From: Squalus acanthias
Taxonomy: Eukaryota
Assembly: GCA_030390025.1 (NCBI GenBank)
Contig: CM059432.1
Coordinates: 82,028,001-82,092,000, forward strand
Reading direction: 5' to 3'
DNA length: 64,000 bases
Numbering within the stretch: position 1 is the stretch's first letter; each line of letters opens with the position of its first letter. Shown here piece by piece: positions 37,158 to 48,736 of the stretch. A program made the position numbers and the translations under genes. The notes beneath the pieces were generated by a model that saw only the letters and a list, made by a program, of their open reading frames with translations, had not been told where the DNA came from and did not search any database.

Positions 37158-37380
37158 ATAGCTGCTTTTATACTGACACTTGTTTAGGTTGGAATTCAGG
37201 AGAACGGCATCTGTAAGTTGGCCCCTGGCATTTACACTACTAAACCCCACGATAAACTGGGTCTACAGTTCTGCCAGGACACCGGAATAAAGGAGTCATA
37301 GTGTAAATGCTAGGAGCTGACTCACAGACACCAGTCTCCTGAAATCAGAACTAAACAAGGGCCAATATAAAAGTGGCTTA
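37158..37380. mobile_element. Palindromic MITE (Tc1/mariner-like) inserted in a SINE
   Basis: ~80-bp imperfect inverted arms (CTTTTATACTGACACTTGTTTAG...GCATTTACACTA / TAGTGTAAATGC...CTAAACAAGGGCCAATATAAAAG); TA at the ends; SINE continues on both sides. Confidence 0.65.
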
Positions 37381-38227
37381 TGAGTGTCAGGTGAGGATAG
37401 GATCAGGAATGGCTGTGATGTCCCCATTGCTGGAATAACCGGATGACACTTGTTCTTTAGAAGAACAGCTATTTGGGTGAGGCACTGGAGGGCTGGCAGC
37501 TCTTGTGGAACTGTGCCTCAGCAAGAATCAGCACCTTTGAGGAAGAAGGGGAGAAAATTGGGAGAATTATTTTTCTTAAAAAGGCTTCATGTCCATGTTG
37601 CAACAAGTGTTTTTTTTTAGCCTTTGCAGCTAATAACAAGATAGCTATTAAAAGTGAGACAGGAGCAAAGGGAAGGAATGGTAGTTGTATGCTCTGGTAA
37701 TGCAGTTCAATGGCCGTGAAATTCTGCACCTTAGCACCGGTAGTTAAGACCTTTTTTCAAAAAAATGGCATCCGCCTCGCTTCCACCCACTTCTGGCGCG
37801 GCCCGCGCTGTTCACCATCTTGGTGAGGGCGATGGCGCAGGCAGCACGTGCTTGCGGCGGCAGTATGCAGAGTTGGCAGATTGTGACGTCAGTCAGCACG
37901 TAACACTGATTTGACGCACGACCTGCCATTATCAGCATCACCGCTCCATTCAACACCCTCTCCTAAATACGCACAGCTGAACCTGCATTCAGCTGCACGA
38001 GGGACCCCCCCCACCAGCGCTATTTAAAGGCAAACATCCAACTTGCAGATAAGTTGATTATTGCTCTTGTACTGGCTCTTGCAGAGTTCGTATGAGTACT
38101 GGGTTGCTGTAAGTGATTTAAAAAGTTGTTAAAGTGTGTAGGGAGTGCTGCTGGACATTGGGAAGGCGTTGGCTGCTACTGGAAGTCCTCTGACTACACC
38201 ACTTGCTCCCAGTCACGGGGTCTCTAG

Positions 38228-39370
38228 TTGCAGTTCCCCTTGCGCTGCAGCATGACAGGGAGATGGAGCAGTGGCAGCAAAGAAGACAAGCTGCTCGCAG
38301 AGAGAAGAAGAGGAGTGTGGAGGGCTCTCAGTAGGAGGCCTTACCCACCTAGGGTCTTCAGGGAGCACTTCTCCTGCCTGCACCTAAGCCAGGAGCAGTG
38401 TGTTCGGTGGCTCCACTTCACCAAGGAGGTGGTCACAGAACTCTGCCACTTCCTGCAACCAGACCTGCAGCCTCACAGCAGGGCAAGGACAGCTCTGCCA
38501 GTGGCCTTGAAGGTGACCGTGGCCCTGAATTTTTTCGCCAGCAGATCCTTCCAAGCTGGAGCAGGAGACATAGCAAACATCTCGCAGTTCGCCGTCCATC
38601 GCTGCATCCAGGAGGTCACAGAGGCTCTGTACTCTAGGAGAGGGGACTTTATTGTCTTCTCTCTAAACAGTGAGAAGCAGGAGGAGCGTGCACGTGGTTT
38701 TGCCAGGATATCGGGCTTCCCCATGGTGCAGGGTGCCATCGACTGCACAAACATAGCTTTGAAGGTGCCACATATGAATGATGAGATGTTTCATAACCGC
38801 AAAGGGTGCCACTCGCTTAATGTGCAGTTGGTATGCGACCACACCCAGCACACCATGATGGTGAATGCCTGGTATTCTGGCAGCAGTCATGATGCATTCA
38901 TCCTGTACCAGTCCACTGTGCCAACAATCTTCCAGCCACCACGTCGAACCCAAGGGTGGCTGCTAGGTGATGAGGGCTATCCACTCTACACCAGGCTGAT
39001 GACTCCCATCTGCAACCCCACCACTCGTGGCCAGCACTCATATAATGAGAGCCATGCTGCCATGAGGAATGTAATTGAGCAAACTATTGGGGTGCTCAAG
39101 CAATGGTCACGCTACCTTGTCCGCTTGGGAGGACCCCTCCAGTACTCGCCGGAGTGGGTGTCACAATTCGTGGTGGTCTGCTGCATCCTCCACAACTTGG
39201 CCATCATGAGGGGACAGCCCTCACCACCACGGGTCCGCAACCACCTCAGGAAGAAGTGGAGGAGTAAGAGGAAAAGGAGGAGGAGGAAGAAGGGAGGATG
39301 CAGCCTACAAATCCACGTGCCGGATGGGCTGTCCATGAGCGCATCATTAGACTCCGCTTCCCCTGAATGA
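38228..39370 (+). pseudogene. Harbinger DDE transposase (HARBI1-like), core open but termini frameshifted
   Basis: RRPYPPRVFR, KVTVALNFFA, GFPMVQGAIDCT, NRKG.HSLNVQLVCD, GSSHDAFIL, WLLGDEGYPL, YNESH..RNVIEQTIGVLK, CCILHNLA; the acidic tail is read out of frame and there is no in-frame ATG at the expected start. Confidence 0.88.
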
Positions 39371-39535
39371 AACCCCAGATCTCCATTGCTCAACACTTCC
39401 TCACCTTACCATTCCTCTGTCACAGAACATCACAGCGTCCTCTTGGCCACAATGCTGAAATGAAAGCCACCACGAAACAAACATTCCAAACTTAATTTAT
39501 AAATGATTAATTTCAAAACTACATAACAAAGTCAA

Positions 39536-41551
39536 CTAATCACCCTTGTACATTCCCTCAGTGCTGGTTTTCCGTGTGCCTTTGCCTATCCTAGTGCTCC
39601 TACGAAGTGCTACCCCAGTGACTGCAGCATGGCTGGTGGAAGGCTGCTGACTTTCAGTGGGGGAGACTGCAATAGCCTTGGAGGATGACCTCGAGCAGCT
39701 CTGGGCCTAGAAGGCCTGGCTGTAGACTGCACCACCTTGGCATGGGCGGCAGCAGTCTGAGCTGGCTGACTGACGGGCAACAGCAAGGGCACTGGCGGGG
39801 TGACAGTGGTGCAAGTACGAATGCTGTCATCCTGAGAGAGGACAACAGGTTCGTACTCCACAGAGTACTGGCACTCCCCCAGGGCGGCACCTCAGCAATC
39901 CTAGTAATCTGTTGGAGGATTGCTGGACTGCTGTGAGACCCTGCAAGCCTCTTTCCATGCTGATAAATCCAGCCAGGATGGCAGCTGTCTGAGCTTGCGT
40001 GGCAGAATTCTGAGCTTCCACTGCAGCACTCAGACATTGGGTCGCTTCCGCCTGTGCTGCAATGGAAGCTGAGCCATTGCTCATCAGACGCTGTATCATG
40101 GTTGGGTTCTCAAGTGCTCTACTGGAGTTGCCCATCACTTCCATCCTGGAAATCACGGGCTCCAAGCTCTGTGAAAAGCCCTGTGCAAGGTTGGAGCCGG
40201 ACTCCTCCATGCTCCTTGACAGTGACAACAGGCTCTCTGGCAGGCCTGTCAATGCACCAAGCATTTCTGTGTGCATGCCCATCTTCTTCTGAAGGCCGCC
40301 CCATCAAAGTCCTCATCTGAGTTCTCTGCAGCGGAACTTGTGTGAGACCTCACTATCCGGAGAGCTGGCACCTGCGCTACCCTTTCCCCCTGCCTTGGCT
40401 GCAGGCCACTTGTGCCTGGTGACTCACCACGTGCAGATCCCACCTCTATACTACCCTCTGAATTACGCGCAGTGCCAGTTTCTGAGCTGGTGCCTGCGAG
40501 TGTCAGATCAAGTGACGGTGTCTTTCTTCTCCATCACTCTCTTGTTCTTCCTGCACTGGCTGGGCTGGTTGGATTTCTTAGATATCTGAAAGGAGAAAGG
40601 CACAAGGGTAGGGTTGTGGTGAGGGGAGGGGGAAGCAGGATGTGCATGCTTACACCAGTAACAGCTTGTAAGTGAGAAGAGATTGTGGGATGAGGGGGAA
40701 GTGGGATGTGAGAAGAAGGATTAGGTATGAGCATACCGTCATCATCAATGGTTTCAGCCTTGCTGATCGCCACCACCTTAGTGACGGCCCCTCCAATGAT
40801 GTCTCGCACTGTCTCCTCCAGCTGGATTAGGATATGCAACCGTCCCTGCCCCCCGCCTATTAGCTGCTGCTGGTGCCGGTTATGCGCCGCCTTGGCCTGC
40901 AAGAGAAAGGGAAGTGTATCAGTGAGTGTGGTGCAATGTGTTTGAGGGATGTGCCTGTCATGGTTGAATAACTGGCAGTGTGTGCAAGGTGTGAGATGTG
41001 GGTGTGAGGCTTGCAACAGTGGTAAGTGTGTGAGGGTGAAGTGAAGCTATGATTGTGAGGTGTGAGTCGTGATTGATAGAGATTGTTGGTAGGTGAGTGA
41101 GGGGGGTGTGGTGCATTGAGCAGTGTGTGAGGCTAGTGATGCAGTTGGTGGGATATGGCATTTGAAGATAAATTCACTGACCTTGATCACTCGTGTGAGG
41201 TCATTAAACTTCTTTCGGCACTGGTGGAAAGACTGGTGGTACTGACCGCTTCAGTAATCTGCTCCCACTGCCTTCTTACAGTCAGTCTGGAGGGCCTCCT
41301 GGCCCTCTGTGGGTAGAGGACCTGTCTCCTCCTTTCAACCCCTGCACTAAGGCTGCCAGCAATGTTCCCTTTAAGCTGCGTGGCCACGTGGCTGCACATC
41401 ACTCCTGGGATCCCACGCAGCCGGCTTTTCAGTGCAGAAACCGCGCATGCGCGATATTTTGAATGGCCTGCCAAAAAAAATCACAGGGAACATTGGCCAC
41501 CAGTGCTGCGTTTGAGAACCTAGGTGCCCTTTCTCTGCCCTGTTGAGCCAT
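39536..41551 (-). pseudogene. Harbinger Myb/SANT-like DNA-binding protein gene, 3 exons (41551-41182, 40896-40737, 40585-39536), disrupted
   Basis: MAQQGRERAPRFSNAAL..VERRRQVLYP..W..QCRKKFNDLTRVIK / AKAAHNR..GGG; GT-AG junctions; MITE in exon 1, premature TAA at the start of exon 3, frameshifts. Confidence 0.8.
41360..41495. mobile_element. 136-bp hAT-type MITE inside the Myb/SANT exon
   Basis: 11-bp TIR CAATGTTCCCT...AGGGAACATTG; 8-bp TSD GCTGCCAG/GCCACCAG. Confidence 0.85.
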
Positions 41552-43861
41552 AGCTACCTTCCACTCTCCTTCACAACAATTTCAGAAAGCACCTCCCCTT
41601 TAAGAAGAGCAGACTGCATTTCAAACTGCAGGCTAGCTTTAAACAGAGCTCACTTCCCACAAAATTGGGCCCCCTGTTGAGCGCTCAGCCAACCAGCAGT
41701 GCTTTCAGCACTCGGCTCAGCGCTTCAATCATGTTAATTTGCAAGCAGCATGAATTTTGTGTGCTGCCTGCATTACTTTCAACGGGCACTTGCGCGCTGC
41801 AATCCCGTGCCCATTTTTGGGCCTTATCCAATTTAGCCCCCAACATCTTCCAATCCAAAAAAAAAATTGCCCCAGCTAGTAGTACCCCCTTCAGTGTGGC
41901 CTGATAGCTGATAGAACTGATAAAAATCCCACAACCATAACTGTTTAAAATAATGTTTATTACAAGTATCGAAGCAGATTGAATCAGAATTTGAATTTCT
42001 ACCACAGAAATTCTTATGAACCATTAAACTCACCTAATGTTATGCATAAAACATGGTATAGGATTAAGATTTGGGCTTTGTAGATGTCTTCTGATGAGCA
42101 ATTTTGAAGTTAACTATCAGTTTAAGAAACAAAACCTGAAAAGTATCTTTGTTAGTGCCCTAGCTATAGCTTTCTGGGAGTTTTGATCTGATGATAGACT
42201 TCCACAGCAAAAGTTACTCCCATATTCTTCTCTTACCTATAGTAAAGGTAACGTGAAAATTTAGCGGTAAATTATTTGGATTTTAAACAGAAACATTAAT
42301 CTAATATATGTAAAGTATTAGATATCTAGGTAAGGCAGTAAACACTGAACTTGCAGCATGACTGCTTCCTGTTATGTGATGCTGCATCGCTAGCTTTCAT
42401 TATAATGATTGCTGAGGCCTTCCTTCCTGTCAGATGATCTAAATGTCACAATAGAGGATTCCATAATGGAGCATTCCACAAATATGGAAAGAAAGCAATC
42501 GAACAACAAGCTCTTACTTAATTTCAATGAAAGGAAGAACTTGCATTTATATAGTGCCTTTCACAACATAAGCACTTCACAGACAATGAAGTACTGTTGT
42601 ATTTTAGAGAAATACAAATCAAATTGTATATATTGTAAAATACAGTTTATGTTAGACTTTGATGTGCCTCTCTGTTCCTGGCAAATATGATAGAGCAACT
42701 TGTACACTGTGTGATTTATATTGGAAAAGAACAGTTTCACTGTATGAGGACACAACCTCTAAAAATGAAGAGTTCCAATTTTGCGGTATTTCTCTCTAAG
42801 TCTGGTGGTTTTATACATTGCTCTACTTTCAGTCTATTTTTAAAAAATGTGTAAGTCTTGCCACTGACTTTTTTATTGTTATATGTATGATTCTGGTTTT
42901 TGAGTTAAAATAAAATATTTATCAGCAAAATTTTAGGCAGGAGACACAGAGATGGACGAAAGAGACTGGGGGAGGGGGAGACAGAGATAGAGTCATGTAC
43001 AGAAAAAAGTCAGACTAAGAGCAAAGCTCGTATAATAGACAAAGACTAACAGTAAGACTAGTAGAAGAGACAGAGACCAATAACAAAGACAAACATACAG
43101 AGAGATATGCACACAGGCAGAAAAATTGAAAGACAAACATACAGACACGTACGACATCCAATGCAGTGAAAACATGTTGTATTAATAACATTCATAATTG
43201 TGTGCTATAAACAAAAAATTGTGAAGTGACATCATCTTTATGGATAGGCTGACTAACCTTTATTTATTTAGAAACAGAATGAAAAGGCATAAAGCCTGCT
43301 GAAACACATCATTGCAGTATTTGGGTATAATGCGGTATATTTTCTTCTGTGTATAAGGTATATAATGAGGATTTAGTAAAAGAATCATTCTTCGACTGTA
43401 CACACAGAGGAAATATGCTCCAATGTTACTGTGATGAAGATGGTGAAAGATTCCTGGCTGTTCCCCTCACAAACAAAGACTGGTTGACCAAACACTTTCT
43501 CCAGGGGAGGGCTGCTCCAAAAAGAGAAAAGCCTAACAACGGGGTACTTCTTTGTGTTAAAATGAAGCAGTTTTAATAAAGTCATAACCATACTATCCAT
43601 GAGGAAGATACGAGACTTTGGGGAGAGAGTAAGCAGTGAGCTTAGTTTGAGCTTGCTCTGGCCTCCTTGTGTGTTGCCAACTTTTCTGGTTCTATAAAGA
43701 AATGCAGGTAACTTATGAACAGCAGCAACGGTATTTTGACTAAAATGTTAGCCTAAAATGGGGCCGGGTGACTATCCATACAGATATCATCATTTCATTC
43801 ATTGAATATTAGCAGAGACTTGGAAAAAATAGCAGCGCTTATTCCTGAGTGGTAATGACTA

Positions 43862-44165
43862 AGTAACATAGGAACAGGCGTAGGCCATTCAGCCCCTCGA
43901 GCCTGTTTCGCGATTCAACTAGATCATGGCTGATCTGTATCTCAATTCCATTTACCCCCCCCCCCCCACCCCTTGGTTCCATATCCCTTAATACCCTTGC
44001 CTAACAAAAATCTATCAATCTGAGTTTTGAAATTTTTAATTCAACTAACCTCAGCAGCTTTTTTGGGGAGAGAGTTCCATATTGTCACTACCCTTTGTGT
44101 GAAGCAGTGCTTGTTGACATCGTCCCTAAACAGCCTAGCTGTAATTTTAAGTTTATGCCCCTTTA
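43862..44165 (-). mobile_element. CR1 3'-end fragment
   Basis: AACATAGGAACAGGCGTAGGCCATTCAGCCCCTCGAGCCTG... Confidence 0.8.
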
Positions 44166-44324
44166 AGGATTACAGGCAATCTTGTTTCTTTCCTGTATCT
44201 TCTAAGCAAATTCCTTGCCAGTGTTTGCTCATTTACATCGAGAGTTTAGCTAAGCCTGTTACAGTGCTTTGTTTTTTATGTCTTCCATTTCCAGTAAGTT
44301 TGAATGTCTATTCATCTGTATCAC

Positions 44325-44530
44325 TCTCTGACTGACTGCAATTCTGTCTGACTGATCGACTGGTTGTATGTCCACCTGCTGATTGTCTACCTACCTGTCT
44401 GCCCGCCCACCTGACCGTCTATTTATCTGACTGACTACTATGTGTGACTGACTGATCATCTACCTGTCTGTCTGGCTGCCTGTGTTTCTGATTATTTGCC
44501 TGTCTACTTGACAGACTGAATAACTGACTA
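44325..44530. repeat. Degenerate (CTGA/CTGT/CCTG)n microsatellite
   Basis: Repeated tetramers CTGA, CTGT, CTAC. Confidence 0.7.
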
Positions 44531-45456
44531 CTTGCCATACAATAGGATCATGCAGTTACAAATTTTGGTGATAAATAAAGCAGAAGGCCCTGTAAACCTA
44601 AACACTGGATGGTGTACTGGGCTGTGTGTTCTCCTGACTGATTAGACCATCAAAAACATTGAGAAACATTTTGACGAATGGAACATTCTACAGAATAAAA
44701 ACCTTAAAAGTAAAGAATGCTCAAGGGCAAGCTGTTGTACTTGCATTAATTCAGAGTTCACATTGTGTATTGAATCTTTTTTATTAGAATGACAGATGGT
44801 TGTAAAAAGTGGCTAATTAGGTGATAGTACATGAAGAATGACTTTGCAGCTCTGATTGTTATTACAAAATGGAAGTCATCACACTCTAAGGAAGAGGAGC
44901 AGCAATTTTATATATGTTAATTTATTCAGATATCACTGCACTGTTTAATTAGATGCTGCCTGTCCTTCAATTGCAAAACTGTGTCCTGCAGCATCTTGTT
45001 CATGCCTGGATTGTTTTTTCACTCCGTGTTATTGAATTCAGGGAAGACACCAGTAACAATTAAGAACACTGCCCTTTGTGCATACACCAAGGAGGACAGC
45101 ATGACACTGTTCTCTGGTCAAATCCCGTCAAGTACCACAATGTGTCTTTATAATCTGGCTTTTAATATAAAAAAATTCATAAGCAGTGGCATAGCCCTAC
45201 AAATTGGCGCACCAGTGGCAGTGTCACTGAGTGGGACCTGCACATAGTACCAGCACCAGTGCATAGGGCCTGTAAGTTGGTGCAGCAACGCTCAGTGCCA
45301 CAGAATAGGAGGAATTATTTCAATCCTGCACTCTGCTCCGTTCCTGATTTGAGTCGCGGAGCAAAGACTAAATGTTTCCCTGTGCGGGAAGATAGAAGAA
45401 AGAGTTAGCAACTAAGAAGAAGCATATGCTTCATGCTGTCGGGAGATGATTGCCAA

Positions 45457-45627
45457 CAATATTCTCTTCAATTTTTTTTTGGGTGCACGGCTCCTTTAAG
45501 GGGCTGCGTGGCCCATTCAAAATACCGCACGTGTGTAATTTTATCCATTTAAGAGCTGGTGATCCGGCTGTGCAGAGCTCCAGAGCGCTGTGTGGCCACG
45601 CAGCCATGCAGTTTAAAGGGAATATTG
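45457..45627. mobile_element. hAT-type MITE, same family as 41360-41495, opposite orientation
   Basis: TIR CAATATTCTCT...AGGGAATATTG; TSD ATTGCCAA/GTTGCCAA. Confidence 0.8.
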
Positions 45628-45729
45628 GTTGCCAACCCTCCAGGATTGTCCTGGAATCTCCAGGATTAAAAATTAATCTCCTGGACACTGCTGCAAGCAA
45701 CCTGGGAGAAAAATTATAGGGGCCTTAAA

Positions 45730-47137
45730 AGAGTCATAGAGTCATAACGCACAGAAGGAGACCATTCGGCCCATCGAGTCCGTGCCAGCTCTCTGTAGAA
45801 CAATTCAGTCAGTCCCATTCCCCCGCTCTATCCCCGTAGCCCTGCACATTTATTTCCCTCAAGTGCCTATCCAGTCTCCCCTTGAAAACACTCAGGGCTG
45901 GATTTTGCCAATGGGGAGCTTTTGGAGGCGGGACTCCCACTTGTCGGGTTTCAGTCCCGCCTCCATCAACTTCTGGTCAACCCACGCTATTTTCCCTTGA
46001 TTGACCTTGTTAAACCCGCCCAACAGGCTTACAGGCCAATTAAGGGAAAGCCGGTTACAGAGAACGTCAGCGTATGACGTTTCATCTGTCAAAAATTTTT
46101 GACAGATGAATTATCTTCGTTTGACAGCACTGTGAAGCTGTCAAACACTGACATTCTCTGTAGTTTGATGAGTTCTTGAATTCAAGACCTCATCAAACCT
46201 CTTTCTTTTGTAGAAATTAGATATTTGCTGCATTGGAGAATGCAACGGCCATCTGTCATCTCTACCGCGGAGGTGCGAGACTCTCCGCATACCCACCGAC
46301 TGAAGCCTGCAGGAAGAAACAAAGATAAGTACACTTTTTCTAACACTTTGCACTTACCTCAGATACTCACCTCTCCACACTTGCACCCATCACTCACCTT
46401 CACAGCACACTTTTGGACCCCTCCGACCCCCGCAGACCCAGTACTCGCCTCGCTGACCCTGGCGGATTTTGGAGCCTTCGGGAAGCCCGCACTTGTGAGG
46501 GCAAAATGGTGATAAGCCTATTTTCTGCCTGTTAACTACCTGTTAACAGGCAGTTAAGTGGCTTTAATCCCTTCTCGCCTCCATGGAGATGGGACCCGGC
46601 GTGGGATGGCTACCCACCTCCTGGCAAGATGGCATGAAGGCGGGTTGGGCACCCGCCCCCAAATTATGCCATTTTCCCGGTAGTCCAACCTCCAAACCCG
46701 CCTCCCCAGGGCTAGCAAAATCCAGCCCTGAGTGTCTCCGCTTCCACCACTTCCGTCGGCAGCGAGTTCCAGGTCCTCACCACTCGCTGCGTAAAAAAGT
46801 TTTTCCTCACCTCCCCCCCTATATCTCTTGCCCCAAACCTTAAATCCTTAAATCCCCGAGTCCTTGTACCATCAACTAGTGGAAACAGCCTTTCTCCGTC
46901 TAGCTTATCTAAACCCGTCATAATCTTGTACACCTCTATCAAATCACCCCTCAACCTCCTTTGCTCTAATGAAAACAAATCCAGCATCTCCAACCTGTCC
47001 TTGTAGCTAAGATTCCCCCATCCCCGGAACCATTCTGGGAAATCTCCTCTGCACCCTCACAAAGGCCTTCACATCCTTCCTAAAGAGTGGTGACCAGAAC
47101 TGGACGCAATACTCCAGTTATGGCCTAACCAGCGCTA
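45730..47137 (-). mobile_element. CR1 3' portion (GAGTCATA tail), split by a Harbinger MITE
   Basis: ORF 46712-46993 FSLEQRRLRGDLIEVYKIM..RTRG..FFTQRVV..WNSLP. Confidence 0.88.
45895..46728. mobile_element. Non-autonomous Harbinger-like element (family A, copy 2)
   Basis: TIR GGGCTGGATTTTGC...GCAAAATCCAGCCC; flanks TCA/TGA; body is the reverse complement of 447-1291. Confidence 0.85.
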
Positions 47138-47242
47138 TTGTGTTTTTTTCATTTTCTTTGAACATTTTTGTTTACTATAAAAATATTGGAGATGGGGAAA
47201 AAGGCGGTTTACCTGGGGTGGTGGGGGTGCAATTGGAGGTGC

Positions 47243-48308
47243 GAGGCAATGAAACCTCGAGGCGAGACGATGAAACCTCGAGGCGAGACGATGAAACCTC
47301 GAGGCGAGGTGATGAAACCTCGAGGCGAGGCGATGACACTTCGAGGCGAGGCGAGGTGATGAAACCGAGGCAAGGCGATGAAACCTCGAGGCGAGGCGAG
47401 GTGATGAAACCGAGGCGAGGCGATGAAACCTCGAGGCGAGGCGATGAAACCTCGAGGCGAGGCGATGAAATCTCGAGGCGATGAAACCTCGAGGCGAGGT
47501 GATGAAACCTCGAGGCGATGAAACCTCGAGCCGAGGCGATGAAACCTCGAGCCGAGGAAATGAAACCTCGAGGCGATGAAACCTCGAGGCGATGAAACCT
47601 CAAGGCGATGAAACCTCGAGCCGAGGCGATGAAACCTCGAGCCGAGGAAATGAAACCTCGAGGCGATGAAACCTCGAGGCGAGGTGATGAAACCTCGAGG
47701 CGAGGAAATGAAACCTCGAGGCGATGAAACCTCGAGGTGAGGAAATGAAACCTCGAGGCGATGAAACCTCGAGGCGAGGTGATGAAACCTCAAGGCGATG
47801 AAACCTCGAGCCGAGGTGATGAAACCTCGAGCCGAGGAAATGAAACCTCGAGGCGATGAAACCTCGAGCCGAGGCGATGAATCCTCGAGGCGATGAAACC
47901 TCGAGGCGAGGCGATGAAACCTCGAGGCGAGGCGATGAAACCTCGAGGCGAGGCGATGAAACCTCGAGGCGATGAAACCTCGAGGCGAGGCGATGAAACC
48001 TCGAGGCGAGGCGATGAAACCTCGAGGCGATGAAACCTCGAGGCGAAGAAACCTCGAGGCGATGAAACCTCGAGGCGATGAAACCTCGAGGCGATGAAAC
48101 CTCGAGGCGATGAAACCTCGAGCCGAGGCGATGAAACCTCGAGCCGAGGCGATGAAACCTCGAGGCGAGGCGATGAAACCTCGAGGCGAGGCGATGAAAC
48201 CTCGAGGCGATGAAACCTCGAGGCGAGGCGATGAAACCTCGAGGCGAGGCGATGAAACCTCGAGGCGAGGCGATGAAACCTCGAGGCGAGGCAAGGTGGT
48301 GAAACCTC
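47243..48308. repeat. ~1.07-kb CpG-rich minisatellite of mixed 16- and 21-bp units
   Basis: GATGAAACCTCGAGGC and GATGAAACCTCGAG(G/C)CGAGGC interspersed; nearly every unit has CTCGAG. Confidence 0.95.
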
Positions 48309-48736
48309 TAGAAGTACGTCTAACCACAGTTGCCGACCCTATGTAGGGAATAGAAATGAGGTTCTGTGTCCTTCCTAAATACTAATTTAAAAAAATTACA
48401 CTCATTTCCAGTTGAGTTAAACTCCTGTCATCCTTCCACAATCACCATTTTGATTATACACATGCCACTCGCTTGTTGCCTGAAGCCAGTTCACAAACTG
48501 CCCCCAGGACAGTGCAAGATACAATAGTGTATTATTGCACTATTCTCCTGCTGATGTATATTAGAAGTGTGCTAAAGTAACATGAGCTAAATATTATTTT
48601 TTAAAGTTACAGCTGACTTCTAGAGAGGCCTAGGAGCATAATATATTTTCCATTTCTGTTTAATTTTTCTCCTCTGCTGTCTTGGAGGCACTGACTCATG
48701 CCAGGGCATGGTGCCATGGGCACCAGGCAATTTGGT

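Larger units (their letters stand above)
37712..41841. mobile_element. Full-length but decaying two-gene Harbinger (PIF/Harbinger) transposon
   Basis: Imperfect 12-bp TIR GGCCGTGAAATT / AATTTAGCCCCC; flanks AAT/AAC; convergent transposase and Myb/SANT genes. Confidence 0.85.
45445..48341. mobile_element. hAT (Ac-like TAGGGTTGCCA TIR) non-autonomous element, expanded by three nested inserts and a minisatellite
   Basis: Ends GATGATTGCCAA(C) and GTTGCCGACCCTA; 8-bp TSD TGTCGGGA (45437-45444) / TGTAGGGA (48342-48349). Confidence 0.7.

Noticed and set aside
38228..39370. Domesticated HARBI1 gene
   Set aside because: Lies within TIRs with a Myb/SANT partner, has frameshifted ends and altered conserved motifs; it is a transposon copy.
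47140..48346. 372-aa repetitive ORF and CRISPR-like appearance
   Set aside because: Tandem minisatellite with no unique spacers and no cas genes, in a vertebrate context.
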